Positions 12,456 to 23,960 of a DNA stretch of 64,000 nucleotides are shown here, in pieces. Made by a program: the position numbers and the translations under genes. This DNA comes from Eledone cirrhosa (lineage: Eukaryota): the NCBI GenBank assembly GCA_964016885.1, contig OZ024741.1, positions 337,590,001-337,654,000 of the forward strand, read 5' to 3'. The first letter of the stretch is position 1. Each line of letters starts with the position of its first letter. The notes under the pieces are model-generated. The model was not told the DNA's origin, did no database searches, and saw nothing but the letters and a program-made list of their open reading frames with translations.

Positions 12456-13432
12456 GCGCTTGGAGACTGGAATGTCTTCAGGCGCTCACGGCCCTCGACC
12501 AGTCAGGCAATGTGATCGGTGGAAACTCTACCTTGACGTTCAATGAAGGATTAGTGGAGGGGAAGAGCAACGATGTACTTGGGAAAACTCTAGGCATTGA
12601 TGAAAATCAACTAGCCAATCTCTTCGGAAGAACTTTCGGGCCGGGGCCTATGGAAAATTTCCAGAAATCCCTGGCCTGACAGTGCTACCGAGGAGCTTTG
12701 CCAGTTCGGGATAAACTCTACAGACACGGAAGTGCCATCAGCCAGGCATGTCTGAGATGCGCGCAGGGCAACAAAACCGTCCTGCACGCACTCGTCCAGT
12801 GTCTGAGCATTGCTGACTTGTGGGTTTATGTTGAACATTTGCTGTCGCGTGTAGAACGGATCCGGCTATCAGCTGAGTCCATCGTGAGGATTGCCCCGCC
12901 CTCTTTATTTAACCGGGAAGGGCAGGTAGTTTTTATCTGTCTGGTGGCCATGGCGAAAGAGATAGTATGGTGGACGCTTCTGAAAGGGGTAAAGACGAGC
13001 ACTTACCTCTTCGGTGATGCCCTGATTAACTTTTTCAAATTTCATTTGAAAAGGAAAATCAGGGTAGAGAGAGAAGTGCTCTCTTCCCAGCATTTTGTTG
13101 AAAGATGGGTGAGAGAGGCAAGAATGGCCCGAGTGAATGGGCCTACTCTGAGTATGTGTCTGTAAATTAAAGGTGGAAAACTGGGAGAGGGCATTTGCCC
13201 TGGTGGTCAGGGTCACTGTGGCTTTTTAATGGGCTTTCTCCACGAATGTCCCTTGGAAGTCTCCCCCGTATTGGGGAATTTTTCATTGTTATTTTTTTGT
13301 TACATCCTCTGTTTTTGTTTTTTACATGCAGAAATGCCCATTTGTACCGTCCTGTATTGTCCTGCACTGTCCTTAATGTCTACTTTATGTAAACCCTTGT
13401 GGTTAATAAAGAAAGCATTATTATTATTATTA
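12455..13432 (+). mobile_element. Tx1/L1-clade LINE, 5'-truncated copy 1 (zf-RVT region, 3' UTR, (ATT)n tail)
   Basis: Near-identical to about 17863-18840. It begins directly in the (TTA)n tail of a SINE 3' end and ends AATAAAGAAAGC(ATT)n. Confidence 0.92.
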
Positions 13433-14291
13433 GGAAGGGACGCACTCCAATGGTCAGGCGGTCCATCTGCTGTCAAGACCCGCTACGTAGGGGGTGGGCA
13501 TGCCGTGGCTAATGATGCGCAGACACACGCTCAGGCTACGACATCTCCACGTCTTCCTCGACGGTGATCAGGTGTGGTCGCCGTTTGCTAGACGTGTCTT
13601 TCCCCAGCTCATTTCCTTGATGGAGCTGCAGTCCTGGGTCAAGCGAAGACCAAGAGAGAGCGCTTGGAGACTGGAATGTCTTCAGCCGCTCACAGCCCTC
13701 GGCCAATCGGACAATGTGATCGGTGGAAACTCCACCTTGGCGTTCTATAGAGGATTAGTGGAGAGGAAGAGCGACGACATACTTGGGGAAACTCTAGGCA
13801 TCGACGAAAATGAACTAGCCAATCTCTTTGGAAGAACTTTCGGACAACTTCCAGAAATCCCTGGCCTGGCAGTGCTACCGAGGAGCTTTGCCAGTTCGGG
13901 ATAAACTCTACAGGCATGGAGGTGCTGTCAGCTGGGCATGTCCGAGATGCGCGCAGGGTGACGAAACCGTCCTGCACGCACTCGTCCAGTGTCCGAGCAT
14001 TGCTGACTTGTGGGTTTATGTCGAAAACCTGCTGTCACGTGTAGGACGGATCCAGCTATCAGCTGAGTCCATCGTGAGGATTGCCCCGCCCTCTTCCTTT
14101 AGCCAGGAAGGGCAGGCAGTTTTTATCTGTCTGGTGGCCATGGCGAAAGAGATAGTATGGTGGACACGTTTGAAAGGGCTGAAGACAAGCACTTACCTCT
14201 TCGGTGATGCCCTGATTAACTTTTTCAAATTTCATTTGAAAAGGAAAATCAGGGTAGAGAGGGAAGTGCTCTCTTCCCAGCATTTTGTTGA
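13433..14291 (+). mobile_element. Tx1/L1-clade LINE, copy 2 (truncated at both ends)
   Basis: Matches about 17636-18510. It starts immediately after the (ATT)n tail of copy 1 and breaks off at CATTTTGTTGA. Confidence 0.9.
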
Positions 14292-17200
14292 GGTTGAGGC
14301 CACCTCTCTTACCCACCCCAGTGACTCAACCATCAACACCACCAGCAGCAGAAATGGCAGCAACAACTGTAGCAGCAACAACAGAAGCAACTGTAACAGC
14401 AACAACCCCAGCAACAGTAGCAAAACCAACACCACCAACACCCAATGCGCCAGAACTAGCACCAGCGCCTACACCATCCACCACGCCACAACCAAAACCA
14501 ACGCCTGTGGAGGATTTTCCACTCCCCGGCTTATCGCAACTGGAGACAGATTGTGACGACGAGGAGTGGGAAACGGTATCAGGAAAAAAGAAGAAAAGAA
14601 ACCAAAAAAGAAAAAAATTATCTTCCTTCCCCCTCCAAAAACAAAATACAGAGGGAAACAAATAAATTATCAAACAAAAAAGTTAGGACAGATATGCCAC
14701 CATCCACACCAGCATCACTAACCCCATCACCACAAACACCAACACCATCACCATCATTAACCCCAACACCACCATCACCAATACCACAAAAGTCACCAAA
14801 AAGCGTAACAGAAACAAACCCACAACAAACGCAAACAAAACAAAACAACCAAAACGATACACACTACACAGCCTTAAATTTGAACAACAACCAATTATTA
14901 CACTACATGCAACACAACACCAGCATCACAGAAAAAGACTACACAAAAACCCAAAAGTTCACACCACCTCCACACATACAAATCACTCGCATCACACAGA
15001 AAACGTACACGACACTAAAACAAAAATTCCCCAAAGACATCGGAGACTTCCGACAAACACTCTCCAGGAGAATTTATAAGGACATCCTTCCGGAGGAGGC
15101 CACAAGCAGTGAAAAGGATGGACAAACTATCCTTCCTCTACGAGAAGTAAAGTAAGTGGTCTTTCCCATCTTTTCCACTCCATTTCAACATGACCTCACT
15201 CAGAATAGGCAGCATAAATGTGCATGGCTTGGGGTGGTCATGGAAGCAGGCCCACCTGTTCAACGACCTCAGGTCACTAAATAGATGTAGTGGCCATCAG
15301 CGAGACCAGATCTTCGGCGGCTACGATGTGTACGCATCATCCAGCCATCCGGGATCGGGGGGAGGAGTTGCTGTGCTTTTTCGGAGAGGTTTGGATCTCG
15401 CCATACGGGCCATCTTCCTGGACCCAGAAGGTAAGTTGGTGGTGCTAGACGTGACCAGCAGAGACGGGCAAGCTTTCAGGCTAGTGGCCGTCTATGCCCC
15501 GACAGGAGCAGGGCGGCCTGATTTCTTCCGGCATCTGGAGACCTTTCTTGGAACGTCCCGCTCTTTAGTGTTAGTGGGCGACTGGAACGGGATCTTAGAT
15601 GCACGCTGGGACTGTGTGGGATTAGCGGATAGGGGAGAAGGGTGCAAGAGCCTCACCAACCTGCTCAGGCGTTTTGAACTGTCTGACAGGTACTGATTGG
15701 ATTTCCCGAATGTGCCAATGTGGACTTAGACAAATCGCATAGGGTCATCCAGATCATATCTAGATAGAGTATTTTGTAGAGAAATAGATAGGTCTAGCAT
15801 AGGCTGTCCACAATTCAAGATAGTCAGCTACACGGACCACAAATTCGTGATCTGTGTGCTTGACTTAGATAGGCTTCATAGACGAGGACCCGGCTACTGA
15901 AAGTTAAACGCGTCCTTACCAGCGTGCAAGGCCTACAGAGACCGGATTAGCGAACTAGTTAAGCGGGCGTTGACGGGGGCCATCGTCAACAACAAGTTGT
16001 GGTTTGCTCTGAAAAGAGCAATTAGAATAGAGTCCATTAGATTTAGTAAGGCTTTAACAATAGAGAAAAATAGAGCAGAAGGAGAATTAGTTAGAAAATT
16101 AGACGAGGCGCTTAGCAAAGGCATCGCGACCGACGTACTTGCGGCGAAATTGGCCCTTGACCAATTCTTCAATGCAAAGCACGAAGGCTGCGTTGTCAGA
16201 GCTAGGGTGCATGCTCTCAGATACGAGGGGACGAAAGCCGTTCAATGGGCCCGAGTGGCGGAGCCGCGTCGTGGCAACAAAGCCACGATCCGGTCTTTGG
16301 TGGACCACGACGGGCGCATGCTACTCGATCCTGGGCAAATGTGTGAAGCTTTTCAGCGACACTTCGCTCAGTTGTTCGGGGGCAGTGGCGGGCCGGCTCG
16401 AGGGATGGACTTTAGTGTCTACCTCGACGGACTGCCGCAGCTCTCGGCCACTGAGGCGGAGTGTTGCGAAAAGCCGATAACAGCCGCTGAAGTACGGGAG
16501 GCAATGACTAGCTGCACAAGGGGTAAATCGCCTGGTTTGGATGGTCTGCCCTATGAACTTTACGTACAGATGCCAGACTTGTTTGGAGGCCTCATGGCGG
16601 ACGTCTACTGCAACTGGCAACAGAACGGGAGAATTCCCAGCTCTGTGAGCGGAGGAGCTGTGGCGCTGCTGAGAAAGGATCCGAACAAGGGGGATAACAG
16701 ATAATTTTAGGCCCACAACTCTGCTAAACACAGAGTTCAAGATTTTGGCCAAGGTGCTAGCAAAGAGGTTGGTGCTTGTCGTTGGTGGTCTGGTGGGAGA
16801 GGCGCAGACATGCGCCATTCCCGACAGATCCATCCACGACAACCTCCACCTCATGCGATACATCGTAGTGGGGTAGCTAGGGAACCTGGCACGAGTGGGT
16901 CCTTGATCAATTTAGATCAGTCGAAAGCTTTCGATAGGGTCGACCATCGTTACCTAGCGGCAGTCCTGAGGGCGGCTGGCTTTGGGCCCGTCTTCAGAGG
17001 CTGGATCGCTGCTATGCACAGCGACATCTGCTCTGTGGTGAGAGTGAAAGGTCACCTTTCGGAACCGTTCAACATCATCCGCTTGGTCTACCAAGGATAT
17101 CCCCTCTCGTCCCTCTTGTAGGTATTGACTCTCGAGCCATTACTGCACAAATTGGAGACGTTGAGGGGGGTCCCGCGCGAACTAGGATGCGGAAGATCCG

Positions 17201-18868
17201 TGTCAGCATATGTGGACGATGTCACCGTAGTGGTGTCGAACGCCAAACACATCGAGGCGGTCGGCACTACACTAAGAGAATACGAAGTGGTGACAGGAGC
17301 AATGATCAACCAGGAAAAGTCAGTGGGCCTGCAGCTCGGCACTTGGAGAGGAAGGTCCATGCCGTCCAACAGCGTCGTCGGGCGCTGGACGGACGGACCA
17401 GTTATATTGCTCGGGGTCTGGTTCGGTCCGGATCTCCAGACGGACAAAAGCTGGGGCGAGGTGATGAGCAGGGTGGCTCCTCTCACCCAGAAATGGGCCG
17501 AGAGGAAGCTATCCCTGAAAGGTCGAGCGGAGGTGGCTAACGCGTACATCGCGTCCGTCATCTACTACCGCCTGACCGTCGTACCTTGTCCTAAGCCTCG
17601 CCTGACTGCGCTGGAGCGTTTTTTTTTCTTTTTGTGGAAGGGACGCGCACCGATGGTCAGGCGGTCCATCTGCTGTCAAGACCCGCTACGTGGAGGGCTG
17701 GGAATGCCGTGGCTGGTGATGCGCAGACACGCGCTCCGGCTACGACATTTCCACCTCTTCCTCAACGGTGATCAGGTGTGGTCGCCGTTTGCTAGACGCG
17801 TCTTTCCCCAGCTCGTCTCCTTGACGGAGCTGCAGTCCTGGGTCAAGCGAAGACCGAGAGGGAGCGCTTGGAGACTGGAATGTCTTCAGGCGCTCACAGC
17901 GCTCGGCCAATCGGGAAATGTGATCGGTGGAAACTCCACCTTGGCGTTCTATAGAGGATTAGTGGAGGGGAAGAGCGACAACGTACTTGGGGAAACTCTA
18001 GGCGTCGATGAAAATCAACTAGCCAATCTCTTCGGAAGAATTTCGGGCCGGGGCCTATGGACAACTTCCAGAAAACCCTGGCCTGGCAGTGCTACCGAGG
18101 AGCTTTGACAGTTCGGGATAGACTCTACAGGCATGGAGGTGCCGTCAGCCGGGCATGTCTGAGATGCTCTCAGGGCGACGAAACCGTCCTGCACGCACTC
18201 GTCCAGTGTCCGAGCATTGCTGAGTTGTGGGTTTATGTCGAACACCTGCTGTCGCGTGTAGGACGGATCCAGCTATCAGCTGAGTCCATCGTGAGGATTG
18301 CCCCACCCTCTTCCTTTAGCCTGAAAGGGCAGGCAGTTTTTATCTGCCTGGTGGCCATGGCGAAAGAGATAGTATGGTGGACACGTTTGAAAGGGCTGAA
18401 GACGAGCACTTACCTCTTTGGTGATGCCCTGATTAACTTTTTCAAATTTCATTTAAAAAGGAAAATCAGGGTAGAAAGGGAAGTGCTCTCTTCCCAGCAT
18501 TTTTTTGAAAGATGGGTGAGAGAGGCAAGAATGGCCCGAGTGAATGGGCCTACTCTGAGTATGTGTCTGTAAATTAAAGGTGGAAAACTGGGAGAGGGCA
18601 TTTGCCCTGGTGGTCAGGGTCACTGTGGCTTTTTAATGGGCTTTCTCCACGAATGTCCCTCGGAAGTCTCCCCCTATTGGGGAATTTTTTCATTGTTCTA
18701 TTATTACATCCTCTGTTTCTTGTTTTTTACACGCAGAAATGCCCATTTGTACCGCCCTGTATTGTCCTGTACTGTCCTAAATGTCTACTTTATGTAGACC
18801 CTTGTGGTTAATAAAGAAAGCATTATTATTATTATTATTATTATTATCATCATTATTATTATTATTAT
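14292..18868 (+). mobile_element. Tx1/L1-clade LINE, copy 3: partial ORF1 and full-length but disrupted ORF2 (APE endonuclease, RT, zf-RVT)
   Basis: ORF1 remnant is Pro/Thr-rich with EEWETVSGKKKKR. ORF2 from 15190: SINVHGL, VYAP, VGDWN, YLDRV, TDH, GKSPGLDGLP, DQSKAFDRVDH, QGYPLS, AYVDDV, CxxC...HALVQC. Several stops and frameshifts; AATAAA at 18810, then (ATT)n. Confidence 0.95.
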
Positions 18869-19394
18869 CTAGCAAATATTGTGTTGCAGAAGAGAAATGT
18901 CTCCTTCTACAGAACTACATTATATTATGTATAGTGGTAGTTCAATATATTCTATTCGAACACCATTTTTAATCTTAATTTCCCAATATGTGGCTCACAT
19001 TCTAATCATGCGGCAAATATATTTAAATTTATTGGTGTTTCTCGTGTAGGTGTTAAATGATTTTCTTCAACATCTAGATTGCATAAGTTCCCTGGGGCTA
19101 TCAGGAACTCTCAAATTCAACATTATCACAAACTACAACATATGAAATATTACAATTATTACATAGAAGTTCAATTTGTGTTGTAACAGATGTATTTCAC
19201 TGGATATGAATGTTCTTGGAGAAACAAACTAAAAATTCTTGCATCAAAGAATTTGTATCTTTAGAATATAAACTTCTTAATAAATTCCAATGTTATTTAA
19301 ATTCTTGTGTAATTTCAGAGCTGCTATGTAAATGAACTCATCAGTTAGTTTTTAATCAACATTTAGCTTAAGATTTTGCTACCAAACTGCTTAA

Positions 19395-19727
19395 AACCAC
19401 TTTTAGTTCTATGGTAATAAGCTATTTGTTTTAAATTATTTATATTTATCTAAGCATCTCGCAACATAATATTATGTAAGAACCCTTGTTAAGTTATGTC
19501 CCAAACACCCTTGATTCTATGGTAAGAAGCTGTTTGTCTTAAATTGTTTATATTTATCTAAACATCTCACAGCACAATATTATGTAAGAACCATTGTTAA
19601 GTTATGTTCCAAACACCCTTGGTTCTATGGTAATAAGCTGTTTTTTTTTAATTGTTTATATTTATCTAAACATCTCACAGCACATCATAATATTATGTAA
19701 GAACCTTTGTTAAGTTATGTTCTAAAC
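19395..19727. repeat. ~107-bp tandem repeat, 3 copies
   Basis: TTCTATGGTAA(T/G)AAGCT...TTTATATTTATCTAA...AATATTATGTAAGAACC..TGTTAAGTTATGT occurs three times. Confidence 0.9.
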
Positions 19728-20329
19728 AACAGCTTAATAGTGAGAAAGTTACTTATATTACTGGGGGCGGTCATTTTATTTTAACCCCTTTGTAACCATA
19801 TTACTCATGAAATTCACTGCATATGAATTACACACTCAAATATATGTTGATTTAATATAAGCCGGGCCCCTATTTTAGTTGATCTGAATATAAGCTGATC
19901 AAAATGGGCAAAAATCCAAACCTTATTTATAAGCCAAGGTAGCTAATCAACATATTATGTTTAGATAGGATGGTGTTGAAACACCTTATTTCTTCCAGAG
20001 ACGGAGAGAGAGTGATAGAGATGAAGTGAGAAAGAGAAATATACAAATAATCAACTCTAGTCCCATTACATAACTAGTATTTTTTTTTTTTATCTTGAAG
20101 AGATGAATGGGAAAGTTGACGATGGCAGGATTTGAACTCAGAATGCAAAGAGCTAGAACGAAAACTATAAAGCTTTCTATCCAACATTCTAAGGACTCTA
20201 CCCATTCAGCATGTGTAACATATGGATTCATTCATAAGAATAATAGGGATAATAGGGAGCTTGTTAAAGGGGTTTGGGTTTGGGTTTCGCTGCTACATCT
20301 TAGAGTAGGTTGGATGACTACAGAGAAAC

Positions 20330-21356
20330 TCTCCTCTCTGCCCACTCTCTCCTCTTATTCCCTCTCTCCTCCTCTCCCTCCTCTCCTCCTCTTCCTCCTC
20401 TCTCTTCTCTCTCCTCTTCTCCATCTCTCCTCTCTCTCCTCTCTCCTGTCTCTCCTGTCTCTCCTGTCTCTCCTGTCTCTCCTGTCTCTCCTGTCTCTCC
20501 TGTCTCTCCTGTTTACTGCATTATTTCTTAGTTGTTACCATTGGCAGAAATACCATCATATGTGTAGATGGGCTGCACTCACACAGACACAGACACACAG
20601 ACACACAGACACAGACACAGACATACACACAGGCACACACACAGACACAGACACACATGTACACAGACAGAGACATACACAGATAGACATGTGTACACTG
20701 CCACAGACTCACACACAGACACACAGACAGACATTCACACACATACACGAACACACACAGACAGACACAAGCACACATACACAGACACACAAACAGACAT
20801 ACTCAGACACATAGAGAGGCAAACACAGACACACACACACAGACACACATACAGACACAGAGACACACATTCACACACATACACACACACATAGACACAA
20901 GCACACATACACAGACACACTGGCACAGACATAGAGAAAGAGTGAGAGAGAGACACACACATACAAAGACATGTACACAGAGACAAACACACACAAACAT
21001 GCATGCACTCAGACTCACACACACACACACACAGAGGCACACAAAGTGACATACTCTCCCTCTCTCTCTCACACACATACACATATGCAAACACACTCAT
21101 ACACATACACATACACATGATGGCACTCACAGTCACACTCATGCACACTTATATACATACACACACATACATACAGACACATACACACACATTCACATGC
21201 ATAGGCTCACAGATTCACACTCATGCATACTTATGCAAACGCATACACACACACACACGCACACTGAGTCTCTCTCCCACACACGCACACACACACTCAC
21301 ACTGAGTCTCACACACATACACACACTCACACTGAGTCTCACACACACACATATAT
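20330..21356. repeat. Compound (CT)n, (CTCCTGTCT)n and (CA)n/(CAGA)n simple repeats
   Basis: Direct. Confidence 0.9.
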
Positions 21357-21979
21357 ATTTGAATTCCATATCTATAGAGCCATGCATCCCAACTTATTTC
21401 TTCATTGAATCTTTACACAATTTTCCAAAAATTACGAAATTCATTTCCAATATTTTACAAATAGTTCTTTTACTATTCTTATTATTATAATAACTAGCAG
21501 AAAGACCACCCTTCGGTTGGTTTTCTGCTAGCATGTGTAGAGTGTATATTGATATTATATGCAAATATACATACTTGTAGATATGATACATCAAATAAAA
21601 TCGTAATTGACAATATAAACAGAAATAAAAGAGAGACTGTGTTACACTCTCTTCTGTAAGTAAAATAATCCCTGATACATTTAAAAAAGACGATATTATA
21701 TATAAACTGAATTATGGTGAAATGTAATGAAAACAAAAAAGGAGAAATTAGCGACAGAAATATAAACCTTATACAACAATGCAAATTTATAGACGTTTAT
21801 ATAAGCGATATGTGATATAGCATACATTATATCATAATCGGAAGTATTGACATTTGAAAATTTTAAAAGAAGTGAATCTTAAAATAAGCAATCATTATAT
21901 ATAAGAATATTTATGTTTAATCAACAGCTATGAAATTTAGTACATAAATTATGTAATATTCATTCATTATTTATTCAAA

Positions 21980-22172
21980 GGGCTGTGGATTGGCAGTATC
22001 GGTAGAGGGCCGGACGCCATGCTTTGCAGCAAAGAGTTACGGCCCTTTATGGTCTGAGTTCAAGTCCCGCCGAGGTTAACTTAGCTTTTTATCCTTACGG
22101 GATCGATGAAATAAAGTACCAGTAATGCACTGGAATAATTGCTGGCCGTGTGCCAAAAGTAGAAACAATTAT
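21980..22172 (+). mobile_element. SINE family A
   Basis: Full-length copy. Confidence 0.9.
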
Positions 22173-22500
22173 TTATTCAAAGTAATCCAACTTATTTTAC
22201 TGCACTCCTCCTTTTGTTATATTATGATTTTAACCCTAGTAGTCAACAAAGAAATGATTATATTATCGTTACATTTGTGAAGGCATGTGGCTTAGTGGTT
22301 AGAGAACTGGATTCACAATCATGAGTTTGCAAGTTTGGTTCCTGGTTACTCCTTCTGCCTGGAGTTGCAACTAGTAGATAGCATCAGTAATGGAAAGACC
22401 AATGGAAACATTGTTTCCTAGGTCCAATTTGACAAGTTCTACTCCTCTCAATATGTGAATGAGGTCTGGAATCTTGTCAATCGTTGCTTTTATGTATATA

Positions 22501-22549
<49 letters not shown>

Positions 22550-22550
<1 letters not shown>

Positions 22551-22925
22551 AAAGGTAAACAGAAATAACAACACAATTGGTACAGTATATGGAAGGGATA
22601 TATTAGGTTATCATTTGATATAGCAGGAAGAGGGTCTTAACGTTTTGGACGCTAATCCTTCATCAGAAGAAAGAATGAGAAATAAGATAGATTGAGGGGA
22701 CGGGCAGGTTGGAATTGGAAAAAATGTCTTTAGATAAAAATAACAGGTCCATTCATGTTGACATCTCTTGCAAAACTGTTGATGCTGGCGTTTTGTGTAT
22801 GATTTATTTTTTAGAAAAGTGTATGATGGAGCGCGTCTACCTGAAACGGAAAAAAAAACGTTTTGTAAAAAGAGCTATACTTGTGCACGTGCATAAGCAT
22901 GTGTGCGTCTCTATGTGTGTGTGTC
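22550..22925 (-). mobile_element. Penelope-like element 3' end (pLTR) fragment abutting (TA)n
   Basis: Near-identical to 37873-38250, the 3' region of the GIY-YIG PLE. Confidence 0.85.
22635..22670 (-). ncRNA. Minimal type-I hammerhead ribozyme motif (G12>A in this copy)
   Basis: - strand reads UCUU CUGAUGA AGGAUUAGCGUCC aAAAC GUU AAGA. Confidence 0.65.
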
Positions 22926-22934
22926 AGAGCTGTG

Positions 22935-23160
22935 ATCTCTGGGCAGATTTTATGGGTAAAACCAACTGGCAAGAGATCCAGGAGTAGACTCCGAGCAAGA
23001 TGGTTGCGTAACATCCATGAGCTTCGCTGGTCATGCTTGGGGATCCAACCAAATCAGTTGGAGATGGTTGCTTCTGACAGGACTCACTGGAAGACATGTT
23101 TAAGGAATCAGCCCCAGGACCCTCTCAGGAATAAGTGGGTAAAGAAGAAGAAGAAGAAGA
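22935..23160 (+). mobile_element. RTE-type 3' fragment with (AAG)n tail
   Basis: KPTGKRSRSRLRARWLRNI...ASDRTHW; same family as 4120-4592. Confidence 0.7.
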
Positions 23161-23960
23161 CATGTGATGCACATGGAGGATGACCATTGGGTAAAGAAGT
23201 GCCAAGAAATCTCAGTAGACACTTTCCATTACCTAGGTGACAAAATCAGCAGTGGAGGAGGGTGTTCTGAAAGTACAGTAGCCAGAGTAAGAACAGGATG
23301 GAATAAGTTCAGAGAGCTAATACCACTATTGGCCACAAAAGGTTTCTCTCTAAAAATGAAAGGCAGATTGTATGATGCTTGTATACGAACAGCAATGTTA
23401 CATAGCAGTGAAACCTGGGCATTGTGTGCAGAGTATCTGCACAGATTGGCCAGGAACGAAGCATGCATGTTCCGATGGATGTGTAATAGTAATATACATG
23501 AACGGCAAAATGTAAACGAACTAAGTGAGAAATTAGGAATAAGAGGGATCAGATGCAGTTTACTAAAGAGCAGATTACATTGGTTGGTCATGTGATGCAC
23601 ATGAAGGATAGTCATGGTATGGTCATGAGATGCACTGTATAAAAAAGTGCAGAGCGATCAAAATTGATGGAAGCTATGGAGTAGGTAGACCCAGAAAAAC
23701 CTGGGATGAGGTGCTAAAAACTGACCGTGCACACTTGCACCTCTCTAAGACAATGTCACTGGATTGAGATCCTTGAGGCTATGCAGTAATACAGAGGACA
23801 CGCCTTCCTTTACATACAAACTTAAACCTACAGTCATTAGGTACCTCTTAACCCAATATACACCCCAGCCCACACACCCTACTCCATCTTCCCACTTCCG
23901 CCCACAACAGCCTTTCTCTGTAAAGTTTTGTTGGTACCACAAAACATCCAGCCCACACTA
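23161..23960 (+). mobile_element. Rearranged RTE LINE fragment
   Basis: FHYLGDKIS..GGCSE..ARVRTGWNKFREL..KGRLYDACIRTAMLHSSETW...GRPRKTWDEV; homologous to 61.9-62.5 kb. Confidence 0.85.
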
